DNA from: Candidatus Andersenbacteria bacterium RIFCSPHIGHO2_02_FULL_46_16
GTDB lineage: Bacteria; Patescibacteriota; Andersenbacteria; UBA10190
Assembly (NCBI GenBank): GCA_001817065.1
Contig: MHHQ01000029.1
Location: forward strand, 4,049-68,048
DNA length: 64,000 bases
Direction of reading: 5' to 3'
Shown piece by piece: positions 39,743 through 49,720 of the stretch (position 1 is the first letter of the stretch; every line of letters begins with the position of its first letter). Under the pieces are notes generated by a model, which worked only from the letters and a program-made list of their open reading frames with translations, did not search any database and was not told the origin of the DNA. The translations under genes were made by a program, and so were the position numbers.

Positions 39743-40492
39743 TTAACTTTCGTAATCTGCACGCGCCGTCCAGTACGCGCAGTAATCGCAGCTCTTGCCG
39801 GTACCGGGTATCACATCGCCTTCCAGACACTCCTTAATTTTCAACAATGTACCCTCGACCCAGTCGTCATTTCCCTCATAGGCGATCAGATTAACATCAA
39901 AATCAATCCGCTTATCAAACGATTTGCCGTCCAATCTGCCTGTGCAGTAAACAAAATAGCCGGTATCAGAAACTTTCAGTCCATTATGGCGCAGCAGCCA
40001 CTGGTACACTTCCATCTGCCGTTTGTAGCCATCCTGCCATTCCTTATCCAGCTCCTTCACGGCCTCTTCCTTCGCCGTCGCTTTATAATCCACCACGATA
40101 TATTCCTCTTTACTATTAATCCATAAATCATCAATCGCCCCGGTTACCAGTATCCCTGTTTCCTCATGCAAATACTTCACCCCGCCAAAATTCCGCCGCC
40201 ATTCATCCAGCTCATCATGCGCCACCGGCCGGGCATCAACTTTGTATTCTTTTTGCAGCGGGTGCTGCTCCCCATTAGCCCGATGAATATCAAATTCCAA
40301 TTTGAGCAAATGATCTACCGCGCTGTTCAAAGCAAATGGAAACCCAGGCACTCGCTTAACCCCCAGCTTATTGTCGATATAAAAGCAGCGCGGACATTCC
40401 AAAAACAAATCAATCTTTGAGCGGGACAGTTTCCACTGGTCACCACCGTAATTCCAAGCTGCTCCACGCTTCGGGTTATAGTACTCAGACAT
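39743..40492 (-). CDS. PD-(D/E)XK nuclease, RecB/Cas4-like
   Basis: SRSKIDLFLECPRCFY, GAIDD, VDYK, QMEVY, CDYC. Confidence 0.85.
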   Translation of the reverse strand: MSEYYNPKRGAAWNYGGDQWKLSRSKIDLFLECPRCFYIDNKLGVKRVPGFPFALNSAVDHLLKLEFDIHRANGEQHPLQKEYKVDARPVAHDELDEWRRNFGGVKYLHEETGILVTGAIDDLWINSKEEYIVVDYKATAKEEAVKELDKEWQDGYKRQMEVYQWLLRHNGLKVSDTGYFVYCTGRLDGKSFDKRIDFDVNLIAYEGNDDWVEGTLLKIKECLEGDVIPGTGKSCDYCAYWTARADYES

Positions 40493-40582
40493 ATATTAAG
40501 ATTATAACTTTAATAATTTACAACAATGCTAATAGGCTAGCATTATCGCCCGCGTCACTTTTCAATACGTTAGTCTCTTATA

Positions 40583-40697
40583 GTGAGCCTCCGCGGACTA
40601 AAGTCCGCGGCTTCTAGCGGAGGCGAAACCCCGTACCGAAGGCCCGACGACCATTCATCCCCAGAATAAATTCCGGGGCCTTCTGGTGCTGGGGTAA
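40583..40697 (+). mobile_element. Minimal IS200/IS605-end-like element (distant family B member)
   Basis: 5' hairpin CCGCGGAC-TAAA-GTCCGCGG; ATTCATCCCC-hairpin-GGGG-CCTTCTG at 3'; no ORF. Confidence 0.6.
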
Positions 40698-40719
40698 CTG
40701 TTTACCCATGCTTTTCCCA

Positions 40720-41283
40720 CTAGTGCCCAATACCGTTAATCTTATGGAAAAGCATCACGTCTTTTAAAGCTGCTTCCGTCGTCTTATCTTTTATTCTAGT
40801 CAGCCAGTAATGATTTTCTGCCACTATGGGACTACGCCCGTCATAAACCATGCGGAACATACTATTAATATTTTTTACTATGTTAGATTCTGCCGCCGCC
40901 TTAGGCGGACCGAATGAACCATTTACCTGGTGCCAGGCCATCGTTCTCCGTATCTTGTATATACTATCTTTCTCCGCCCTGAATCTTTTCTTCCAATATG
41001 CGCTTTCTGCCACTGTCGGCGTTCTGCCAAACGTTTGCACAAAAAGACTTTCTACCAAAAGAGGCACATTAACCATGCTTGGTTTTATTGCCTCCAGACT
41101 AGTCGAACCGTCGCACGGATATCCCAAGTCCCCACATATATAACTATTCGTATCCGACAGACAAGTATGCAAATTATGGCATCCCGACCGATGCGCCAAT
41201 GCTACCTGCGGCATCGCAGCCAGACCAACACTAAAGCAACCAGCAAGTAACAAGAAACTAATTGTAATATTACCCACCTTCAT
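40720..41283 (-). CDS. Secreted protein with His/Cys motif and two internal repeats
   Basis: Signal peptide; AHRSGCHNLHTC; two F..GR.P..AE..YW...M..H..NG repeats. Confidence 0.75.
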   Translation of the reverse strand: MKVGNITISFLLLAGCFSVGLAAMPQVALAHRSGCHNLHTCLSDTNSYICGDLGYPCDGSTSLEAIKPSMVNVPLLVESLFVQTFGRTPTVAESAYWKKRFRAEKDSIYKIRRTMAWHQVNGSFGPPKAAAESNIVKNINSMFRMVYDGRSPIVAENHYWLTRIKDKTTEAALKDVMLFHKINGIGH

Positions 41284-41374
41284 CCCTTATATTATATACC
41301 CCTCACCCGAAACTGTATTAATAATCCAAATACCTGACAGTCTTTCCCCCTCTTTTACCATTCAATTAAACCTT

Positions 41375-41536
41375 CTAACATCGGCAATCCGCTTCTGCCT
41401 CCTTACACTCCTGACACCGCGGCATACAGTGGTCACTGCCATGTTCATGGTTCGGATCGTGCGACGCCGATTCCTCTCCGCATACATCACATTTATAACC
41501 TTTGGTCGGCCCATCACATTTCATACACTTGTGCAT
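41375..41536 (-). CDS. 53-aa Cys/His-rich metallothionein-like or zinc-finger microprotein (absent from ORF track)
   Basis: GGAGGTGA RBS; MHKCMKCDGPTKGYKCDVCGEESASHDPNHEHGSDHCMPRCQECKEAEADCRC. Confidence 0.8.
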   Translation of the reverse strand: MHKCMKCDGPTKGYKCDVCGEESASHDPNHEHGSDHCMPRCQECKEAEADCRC

Positions 41537-41547
41537 ATCATCACCTC

Positions 41548-41793
41548 CTATAAAATATCTTTTTTCTTATCCTCAAACTCCTGCTTACTTATCTCGCCTT
41601 TGGCGTAGCGCTCTTTGAGAATATCCAACGCAGCACTGCCTCCACGCTGTGAATTTCCTTGCTGCCCCAGCATCCACCGAGTCAATCCCACAACCACAGC
41701 GATAATCAGCCCCCACCATAAGATCATTAGCAAGCCTCCTCCCCAGCCGCCAAAAGGCACACCCATCATATTATAATATCCCCAATTCATCAT
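41548..41793 (-). CDS. SHOCT-domain membrane protein
   Basis: Met/Gly-rich N-terminus, TM helix, ALDILKERYAKGEISKQEF. Confidence 0.9.
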   Translation of the reverse strand: MMNWGYYNMMGVPFGGWGGGLLMILWWGLIIAVVVGLTRWMLGQQGNSQRGGSAALDILKERYAKGEISKQEFEDKKKDIL

Positions 41794-41948
41794 AATCTAT
41801 GACAAAGTATACCTGTTAAAAACTTTACCGCTATGGTTTTGATCACTGGCTCTGGTCATTCGCCCTATAGTGGACTTTCTTCTTCCCACGTTCTTTTGTT
41901 TGTTTGCCCGAAAATAAATGAAAGAAACGAAAGTACCTGACACACTTA

Positions 41949-42182
41949 AGCACCGTAAATAAATAACTTGGTCAGATCTCGTTCAATCCGTGCCAAGATA
42001 CGGCTTTTCCAATTGCCTGCCGGCCATAGCTTTCTTGACCACCGTAGCTTTAGCGAAGGTGGCAGCGACGGCTGGAGCGAAATACGAAGCGCAGTACTAC
42101 GGTAAGTGTTTCGCGATTGAGAAAAAGTCGTAGATTGATGCATAGTGGGCGAGAGATGGTTAAGTTATTTATTTACGGTGAC
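41949..42182 (+). mobile_element. MITE family A copy with 60-bp nested insert (234 bp)
   Basis: TIR AGCACCGTAAATAAATAACTT...AAGTTATTTATTTACGGTGAC; TTA on both flanks. Confidence 0.88.
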
Positions 42183-42223
42183 TTACCTCTACCCCCCTCC
42201 ATTATTAAGAAGGTTGATTAGTT

Positions 42224-44314
42224 CTATCTTACAGAAAAACGCAGTAGCCGTTCCGAAAACTTGACTTCTCCCACCCAAAGAAAAGTGCCGTCAAATGCCA
42301 GCGCGTTTGGCATAAACATTGTGCTTTGCCCAATCCGTCGCCATGTTTCTTGCAAATTATTTTGTCCCAGAACAACCTCCGGTTTAGCTCCCGCTAATGC
42401 CTTCGCAACATCACGCCATACCAGCACCCTGTTTCCTCCAGAATCCGCGATAAACAAAGCGCCATCTTTTGCCACAACTGCTCCCGGTAAATTCAAACGC
42501 AAGCTGGCAAATTTAAGATATTGCGGCTTCGCTTCGGACCCTTGCTCGGCAATATCCGCCACTCGCCAAATAACTACACCGCCTCCCGGTTGATCTTGAC
42601 AACAAGCTGCTGTCAGATACTCCCCGTCACTACTAATTTTTAACGGTCGGTTTACGCTCAATTTGGCAATCGGCTTATTATCGCCGTCAGGAACACCTTC
42701 CCAGACATAAATAACATTAGCCTCCTGGTCGGCCAAATAAAAGTACCGTTCGTCTATCGCCACCCCCCGTAAATCCTGAAAGCGCACGTCCCCTACCGCG
42801 CCACTAAACACTTTGTCTGGTTTTTCTCCATCTTTAGGCAAACTATTCCACAACGTTACTTTTTGCTGTCCAGCAATCACCAGCTTATTTCCAAACAACG
42901 CAATGTCATCACCGCTCATCCCATGATAAACATAATCTGGATGGGCCCCAGACTCATTCGGCAAATTACGCCATACATACAACCTTCCATCGAAGTCAGA
43001 TAACACGAACAGGCTATCCCCGTCCGTCGCTGGTACTGGATTTGAAATAATGAATTCTGTATCTAGTGTATTTATCTCAACCTTCGGCGACCCTATCACA
43101 AAATCTGGCTCATCTAAACTCTTCGCCGGTATTTTGTTAAAACCAACCACTTTATTTCCGTTAGCCAGAGATAAATATAACCGGTTGTCCACCACTGCCG
43201 ACCCCGATCCGTCACCCCCTTGAAACTTATATCCACCATCACCAAAACTGCTTGCCCCGATCGCCCAAGCCGCCTGGTCACTGCTACTTTTCGGCCAATC
43301 ATCCCATACAAACAACCGACTTCCCAAGCCAATAAATCTCCCATCCGACAAAAAGTTCATGCCCCATAAAACTTCGCCTTGAGACAAATTCTTATTTGCC
43401 AAAGGCGCACCACCAGACGGCATCGCCATGAAAAAATCATACGGCTCGTTTTCGCGCTGCGGCCACTCACTCCAGAAAAAAGTGCCTTGCGTATTGCCAC
43501 CGTCTACCTTGGCATTATGGTCAGAAATCACCAGCCGGCGGCCATCACTGCCAATCGAACGCGGCGTACCTAATTGCGGCAACCTGATCACGATCTCCGC
43601 CGGCGCTTGGCTAGCCACCGGAAAACTGTTCCATATCAGCACCTGCGAACCCATTGTACTGGTGATCACCATCTTTTCTCCATTCGTCCATGCTGCCCAC
43701 GGCCAGACAATCCGGCCCCGCCTATCTGCCGCATCATCACCATAACCTCCAAATACCATATCCGCCGGCTGACCATTTTGCGCCGGGAACTGACGCCACA
43801 CCAATACACGATGATTTTGTGTATCGCATACTATTAAGCGCGTCCCATCAGTAGCAACGCATACCGGCCAGTTAAGCTCATCCATTCCCACGCCCGGTGC
43901 GATTGAATTAAAATCTTTCTGTCCCAGCACTAAATCCGGTAGCTCATTACCTCGCGGAGCCTTATTCCAGATCAACACCCGATTGTTATTTCTATCCGCT
44001 AAAATCAATCGCTGTCCGTCCGACGTAATTCCACCGGGATGATTAAACAACAAAGGTCCACCAGCATCATTGAAGCCCATAGCCGACAAAACAATATCTG
44101 CCTTCTGCCCTATACTGAACCATCCGGTTGGCTTTTCCTCTACCACCGCGTACTTCGCACCTGTGCCAATTACAGTTTGCCCGCTGCCGGAAAACCGGAG
44201 AAAACCATCACCACCCGCGCGCCACACTGGATAAAGCCGCCATGCACCCAACACTAAAGCCAACACTATTGCTACTAGCACTACCCCAACATTTCTTTTA
44301 CTGTCCTCTGTCAC
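42224..44314 (-). CDS. Membrane-anchored NHL-repeat beta-propeller protein
   Basis: Repeated L.IAD..NNRVLIW / PD.VLGQ units. Confidence 0.85.
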   Translation of the reverse strand: MTEDSKRNVGVVLVAIVLALVLGAWRLYPVWRAGGDGFLRFSGSGQTVIGTGAKYAVVEEKPTGWFSIGQKADIVLSAMGFNDAGGPLLFNHPGGITSDGQRLILADRNNNRVLIWNKAPRGNELPDLVLGQKDFNSIAPGVGMDELNWPVCVATDGTRLIVCDTQNHRVLVWRQFPAQNGQPADMVFGGYGDDAADRRGRIVWPWAAWTNGEKMVITSTMGSQVLIWNSFPVASQAPAEIVIRLPQLGTPRSIGSDGRRLVISDHNAKVDGGNTQGTFFWSEWPQRENEPYDFFMAMPSGGAPLANKNLSQGEVLWGMNFLSDGRFIGLGSRLFVWDDWPKSSSDQAAWAIGASSFGDGGYKFQGGDGSGSAVVDNRLYLSLANGNKVVGFNKIPAKSLDEPDFVIGSPKVEINTLDTEFIISNPVPATDGDSLFVLSDFDGRLYVWRNLPNESGAHPDYVYHGMSGDDIALFGNKLVIAGQQKVTLWNSLPKDGEKPDKVFSGAVGDVRFQDLRGVAIDERYFYLADQEANVIYVWEGVPDGDNKPIAKLSVNRPLKISSDGEYLTAACCQDQPGGGVVIWRVADIAEQGSEAKPQYLKFASLRLNLPGAVVAKDGALFIADSGGNRVLVWRDVAKALAGAKPEVVLGQNNLQETWRRIGQSTMFMPNALAFDGTFLWVGEVKFSERLLRFSVR

Positions 44315-44425
44315 CCTACAAGTTTATCACATAAAAAACATTTATTCGCGGTGACTGACCCATTAGCCATTAGTTCAGGCATACCAAAAGATACCCAAGC
44401 AAGTAACCAGTGATATACTGTCATT

Positions 44426-45250
44426 ATGTCTTCTTCTCCTTATCTATCAGTCATCATCCCAGCCTATCGACAGGCCGGCACGATTGCCGCCGACTTGCAG
44501 CGCTTAAATGACCTGATAAAAACCTTAGTTCCTTCCTACGAGCTGGTTTTGGTCATTGACGGCAATGAGGACAACACCCTAAATAACGTCCGCCGATCAC
44601 TGTCCCTCCCTAATCTCACCATCGAATGTTTCGACCACAATCAGGGCAAAGGCGCTGCCTTGCGTCATGGCCTGCAACGCTCCCACGGTGAAGTTGTTGC
44701 CTTTATCGATGCCGGCAATGATATTGACCCAAGCTTTTTGCAGATCATGTTAGCGGAATTCAAACTCCACCACGCTGATATCGTTATTGGTTCTAAACGG
44801 CATTCTTTATCCGAAGTTGATTACCCTTGGCTACGCCGTGTTTATAGCACGACTTACCAAATTTTAAATCGTTTACTTTTTTGTCTAAAAGTGCGCGATA
44901 CGCAAGTCGGATTAAAAATTTGCCGGCGCGAGGTTCTCACTGCGGTACTGCCGCGCATTGTCGTAAAAAAGTTTGCTTTTGATCTCGAACTATTGGTCGT
45001 GGCCAACCACCTGGGATATCAACGTATTGTCGAGGCCCCCGTAAAGATAAAATATAATTTCTCGAGCACTATCAGATTAATTGATATCTGGCGCACCTTT
45101 ATAGACACGTTGGCCATTTTCTACCGACTTCGTTTTTTACATTGGTACGATCGTCCTTTACCTGCCGCCTCTGCCCCAGTCTTAGTTTCTGGCATCGATG
45201 TATCTATTCACCATGAAGCTACTCGAGTTCGAGAAAAAATCCATCGATAA
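44426..45250 (+). CDS. GT2 glycosyltransferase (polyprenol-phosphate type)
   Basis: SVIIPAY, NQGKG, FIDAG, DTQVGLK, FAFDLELL. Confidence 0.9.
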   Translation: MSSSPYLSVIIPAYRQAGTIAADLQRLNDLIKTLVPSYELVLVIDGNEDNTLNNVRRSLSLPNLTIECFDHNQGKGAALRHGLQRSHGEVVAFIDAGNDIDPSFLQIMLAEFKLHHADIVIGSKRHSLSEVDYPWLRRVYSTTYQILNRLLFCLKVRDTQVGLKICRREVLTAVLPRIVVKKFAFDLELLVVANHLGYQRIVEAPVKIKYNFSSTIRLIDIWRTFIDTLAIFYRLRFLHWYDRPLPAASAPVLVSGIDVSIHHEATRVREKIHR

Positions 45251-46997
45251 CACCAAGAAGCCTCGCCCCAGTATTAATCTGACTGGAATCTTGCGTCGCA
45301 TTCTAACAAAATACTGGCCATACCTTATTCTCCTGGTATTTTGGTTGTCTGTTATCCTGCCTTGGTTTTTAGATTCCGGTTTTATTCTCTTGCTAGATTT
45401 TATTCCCGTCCCTCATATTTCACGCCCACCACTTTCCTGGCAATACGCTTATCTCGACGGTCTCCTGTATCGCTGGCCCGCATGGTTAATAAGCCAATTT
45501 TTTCCCGCTGCTTTGACGCATAAAATGTTGTTTTCTTTACCGATCGCCTTGGCCGGAATTTCCATGTATCAACTTTGCTCCTTGGTATTGTCAGACAAGA
45601 ATAGAAAGATCGTCGCTGCCTCTTCTCTCTTAGCTGGCTTGTACTATGCGTATAATCCATTTATTACCACTCGCGTATTCATGGGCCATGTTTTCTTTAT
45701 CTACGGCTATGCTTTATTACCGTGGGTGGTCTTGTCGTGGCTTAAATTTCAACAGAAACCAACCCTTCGACCAGCCTTCTATCTAGCCCTTTTTTTTGTC
45801 GCGTCGGTTCTTTTCAGCCAGCATCATTTCATTCTTGTTCCGCTTCTTCTGTTGTTCCTATATCAACCTGTACGTCCCCGCACGTCACCAGAAAAACGAT
45901 CATGGCTATTGTTATTTTTCTTCGTAGCAACAGTTGTTACCTTAGCAATAACAGTCTATTTCTCATCTGACGCTCGTCCCAATACACTGCATCCTCTTGG
46001 CCCCTGGTCACGCGCATTATTGGCACCTTATTCCGGTTCTTATGCCTTTGATGTCCTAAACTTATCTGCCACGTGGAAAATTGACCTGCCTTTCCTCTTT
46101 CCCTGGGAACTCAGGCTGGCTTTCGGTTATATTTCGTTTTTATTGCTGCTTATTATGGCCAGTGGTCTTTGGTGGCTCAAGCACCAGCACCATTCAAAAA
46201 ACTTAGCCATTCCCCTCCTTCTAGTTATTTTGTTTAGCTCCTTTCTGGCTGTCGGCATTGCTCATCCCCTAATCTCCCCATTAGCCGGTTGGCTTTATCA
46301 TCACGTTCCTTTTTGGATTGGACTTCGCGATTCGGCAAAATTCCTTTCAATACTAGCTTTAGTGGAATCAATCTTACTAGCCGTTGGTGTTTACTCCTTA
46401 ACTCAATTATGGACTCGTCATTTCCGCCGCGTGTCTCCAATCATTGTACCTGCAACAGCCCTTATCTTAGTGGTCTACATCTCCTCCACCGCCGTATACG
46501 GCTATAACAACCAAATCTATCCCACTTCCTATCCAGACAGTTGGCAGGAAGCCCAAACTTGGTTGGCCGATAACCACTCAACCCCACCTTCTCTTCTATT
46601 TCTTCCTTGGCATATGTATTTACCTTTTTCCTTCACCCAAGACCGAACTATTGCTAATCCCGCTTCGACGTATTTCACCTCTGCACACGTTATCGTTGGT
46701 AACAATAATGAAGTCGGCGGCACGTTCGGCCGACCATTCATTTCTGCGGAATATACCGATCCGACCCACCAATATATCCAGCAACTGTTGCCGGATACGT
46801 CGTCATTCCATGATTTCGGTTCACGCCTATCACCGCTTTGTATGCAATACATTATGCTCGCCACCGATACTCGCGACGTGTCTAATTATGATTTTCTTTA
46901 TAATCAAAATGACCTTGAGATTGTCTTCTCAAGGCAGGATTTAATCATCTGGCAAAATATAGCAGTTCAAGACAACTGCAAAACCACTATCCTTTAA
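45198..46997 (+). CDS. Large multi-pass membrane protein, probable GT-C glycosyltransferase
   Basis: Many TM helices; YAYNPF, GH, YALLP, GLRDSAKF. Confidence 0.65.
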   Translation: MYLFTMKLLEFEKKSIDNTKKPRPSINLTGILRRILTKYWPYLILLVFWLSVILPWFLDSGFILLLDFIPVPHISRPPLSWQYAYLDGLLYRWPAWLISQFFPAALTHKMLFSLPIALAGISMYQLCSLVLSDKNRKIVAASSLLAGLYYAYNPFITTRVFMGHVFFIYGYALLPWVVLSWLKFQQKPTLRPAFYLALFFVASVLFSQHHFILVPLLLLFLYQPVRPRTSPEKRSWLLLFFFVATVVTLAITVYFSSDARPNTLHPLGPWSRALLAPYSGSYAFDVLNLSATWKIDLPFLFPWELRLAFGYISFLLLLIMASGLWWLKHQHHSKNLAIPLLLVILFSSFLAVGIAHPLISPLAGWLYHHVPFWIGLRDSAKFLSILALVESILLAVGVYSLTQLWTRHFRRVSPIIVPATALILVVYISSTAVYGYNNQIYPTSYPDSWQEAQTWLADNHSTPPSLLFLPWHMYLPFSFTQDRTIANPASTYFTSAHVIVGNNNEVGGTFGRPFISAEYTDPTHQYIQQLLPDTSSFHDFGSRLSPLCMQYIMLATDTRDVSNYDFLYNQNDLEIVFSRQDLIIWQNIAVQDNCKTTIL

Positions 46998-47040
46998 TGT
47001 TCCTGATACCTTCGATTTTAGGTGGATCTCTATGAGTGCG

Positions 47041-47307
47041 TATGAAGAGCCCCACGGACTGTCCGCCAGTGGTCCCCGCGATAGCTACGCATGACGCCCC
47101 TGGGCAGAATGGCGGAATCCCTCGTAGCAGAAAACATTCTACCCCATTTTGCTCCGCAATATCCGGAGCTACGCTCCTTCGTTCACGGAGCTTCGCATGG
47201 ACGCAACGCGGGGTTATCCTATTTACTACACTTTGCCAGCCAAGGCCTTGGCGACGGCTGATTCAAACACCCCGCTACCGATGTGGCGGTTTGCTGCGCA
47301 GTGGGAT
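47041..47307 (+). mobile_element. Non-coding repeat family B copy 3 (more diverged)
   Basis: Shares GAGCCCCAC...GGTCCCCGCGATA, GGCGGAATCCC, GCCTTGGCGACGGCTGATTCA, CTGCGCAGTGGGAT with copy 1. Confidence 0.7.
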
Positions 47308-47385
47308 GAAAAATTTTTTCTTGTGTATGCACAAAAAAACACGGACCACCAGGCCCATGTTTTTCTCATTATCTCTTGTCTTCGA

Positions 47386-48003
47386 TTATGTTCCTCCGCC
47401 TCCGCTATCAACTGCTCCTCCACCACCACTGTCATTACCTCCGCCACCGCCTCCATCGGAAGAGTTAGCTAATCCTGCGATGCCAGTCATGTTACCGGCC
47501 AGAGTTTTGAAGTTATCCCGGGAACATACTTTAACCGTTGCGTCCCGCTGAATGGAACGCCCGATCGCTGTGTTATATTGCGCGGTAGTCAGTTTAACGC
47601 TGCGGAATTTACCTTTAGCGTACTCAACCGAAATCGCTTTTTTAGATAAGCTGTTAACACGCACACTATTCATGCATTTAACCTTACCGGTTGCGGCATC
47701 AATCGTTGTCGCCACACCTAACTTCGTAGAACTTACCGCTTGCGTAAATTTACTGGTATCAGGAAATAGCCGTCCTTGCTGCTTGTGCCATTTCATAGCA
47801 TCAACTAGCTGCTGATAAGTTTTATAATGTCCTGTTACGACACCCTCACCCCAGCCGGTCCAATTAGTCGGATTCACCGTAATACCAGCTTCACGCATTC
47901 CACTGTTAACACGCGATAATAATGGCGCCGCGCTCACCACTGGTATTGATACTACCAACACTCCGGTTATCACTAATCCTGCTATTAATTTAAATTTTTT
48001 CAT
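47386..48003 (-). CDS. Secreted protein with Gly-rich C-terminus
   Basis: AGGAGG RBS, signal peptide, GGGGG tail. Confidence 0.75.
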   Translation of the reverse strand: MKKFKLIAGLVITGVLVVSIPVVSAAPLLSRVNSGMREAGITVNPTNWTGWGEGVVTGHYKTYQQLVDAMKWHKQQGRLFPDTSKFTQAVSSTKLGVATTIDAATGKVKCMNSVRVNSLSKKAISVEYAKGKFRSVKLTTAQYNTAIGRSIQRDATVKVCSRDNFKTLAGNMTGIAGLANSSDGGGGGGNDSGGGGAVDSGGGGT

Positions 48004-48136
48004 TCTGCACCTCCTTTTTTATGTTACAAATTACCTTTTATGCTCATATTATAACACACTCAAAAAATGAAACTGTCATATTCAATACGATTTTTCCACA
48101 GTAACAAAAACAGGTCTTTTCGGTTACCCTAAAACC

Positions 48137-49420
48137 ATGCCCATAAAACCCATCACCGCTTCTTTTCTGCTCAAATCAAGCGCCATTGTAACTGTCGGTT
48201 CGATCGCCGCCAGTATTCTGCAATATTTGTTTACCGTTGTGATGGCTCGCCTATTGTCTCCTGACTCATTCGGCAGTCTAGCATCTCTTCTTTCCTGGAT
48301 CACAATATTGATATTTCCGGCCGGGGTAATTTCCGTGCATGTCACCCGCCAAACAGCCATCTATCTGGCGCACGACGAAAAAACTAGACTACTCAAACTA
48401 TATCGCCGCCACAGCCTACTCTCTTTGGCCGGTATTGCTTTTTTTATAATCATCCTCTTGACCGCTGACCTCCTAAATCTCTTCCCGGCTGCCTGGCCGT
48501 TCTCTTATTTTCTCCTGACGGTAATCATTATCGGCTTCTCCCTCTTGTCCGCCGTTAACCAAGGGTTATTGCACGGTTCGCAATATTTCGCGCGCTTATC
48601 TTTACTGGCCTTCATCAGTGCATTTTTTAAGTTTTTTCTATCCGGGATTTTAGTCGCCAACGGTTATGATGTCTTCGGTGTCGCTGTTGCCTTGTCGGCT
48701 AGCGGCACCATCACCTATCTGATCAGTCTATGGCTGGTTCGCCGCGTATTACGTTCTGCCTCGTCGATGCCATCATCCCCAATTACCACAATACCGCCTA
48801 GTAATACTCGCTATATGCCGTACATATTCTCTGCTCTTTTTTTACTCATGCTCCTTAGCAACATCGATATAATCCTAGCCAAACACTGGCTTGAGGCGGA
48901 CGCAGCCGGTTATTACGCCATTTTAGCCACCGCTGGAAAAGTGATTTTCTTTGGCACCGTCGCCATCAGCGGTGTTGCGTTTCCCTCCGCCACCCAAGCC
49001 TCCGCCACCGGCAGCGGCCAAGAAAAACATATATTGGCAATTTCCTTATCAACGGTTTTAGCTTTAGCCGCCTGTGCCGTCAGTCTTTACCTGTTTTTCC
49101 CTCAACAAATCATCACTATAGTTTTTGGTACAGATTACCTCCCCGCCGCTCCCCATCTCGGCCATATCGGCATCATCGCCGGCCTTTGGGCTATTATCCA
49201 ACTTTATGTTCGTCTGCTCCTGGCTAAAGGAGATCGCCTATTCCTCATTCCTTTGGCCATCTTTATAGCCGCTGAAGTTGCCGGCATTTCTATCTGGCAT
49301 CAAAGCATATCCGCCATCTTATTGGTCTTATTTATTACCGGCTCGCTCCTTGCCCTAAGCCTGGCTCTAATCTATCAATACTCGATCGCTAAAAATGACA
49401 TCGCCAAAAATTACCATTGA
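48137..49420 (+). CDS. Oligosaccharide flippase (Wzx/MOP family)
   Basis: ARLLSPDSFG, NIDIILAKH, AGYY, FGTDY; about 12 TM. Confidence 0.88.
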   Translation: MPIKPITASFLLKSSAIVTVGSIAASILQYLFTVVMARLLSPDSFGSLASLLSWITILIFPAGVISVHVTRQTAIYLAHDEKTRLLKLYRRHSLLSLAGIAFFIIILLTADLLNLFPAAWPFSYFLLTVIIIGFSLLSAVNQGLLHGSQYFARLSLLAFISAFFKFFLSGILVANGYDVFGVAVALSASGTITYLISLWLVRRVLRSASSMPSSPITTIPPSNTRYMPYIFSALFLLMLLSNIDIILAKHWLEADAAGYYAILATAGKVIFFGTVAISGVAFPSATQASATGSGQEKHILAISLSTVLALAACAVSLYLFFPQQIITIVFGTDYLPAAPHLGHIGIIAGLWAIIQLYVRLLLAKGDRLFLIPLAIFIAAEVAGISIWHQSISAILLVLFITGSLLALSLALIYQYSIAKNDIAKNYH

Positions 49421-49445
49421 CATGACTTATTAGACCAATATAACT

Positions 49446-49544
49446 GCAGTACAACTAAAAAAAAGCTGAAAACCTACCTTTATGGAGGGTCTCCCGTAAG
49501 GGGATAGGCATTTCCGCCCCGCGAGAGGTGGTTTTTAGTCTAAA
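49446..49544 (+). ncRNA. Putative structured small RNA, unit 1 (DUF3800-associated)
   Basis: TTGACA(49417)-16-TATAAC; closing stem GCTGAAAACC/GGTTTTTAGT; GTAA and GCGA tetraloop hairpins. Confidence 0.55.
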
Positions 49545-49679
49545 GTAACTGCTCACAGGTTAAGGGTGGATTACTAGGTTAAGCCATATTTAGAGCCAGA
49601 AAAAGAAGGTTTTCTTAAAAGTGAAAAATTATAACGTCTTATCTTAGCCAATAGTCTTCCTCGACCAGTGAGCAGTTAC
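49545..49679. mobile_element. 135-bp MITE with 8-bp target-site duplication
   Basis: Perfect 12-bp TIR GTAACTGCTCAC; AGTCTAAA at 49537-44 and 49680-87. Confidence 0.9.
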
Positions 49680-49720
49680 AGTCTAAACTATTGACAATTC
49701 ACCTTTGCTACTTATACTAC

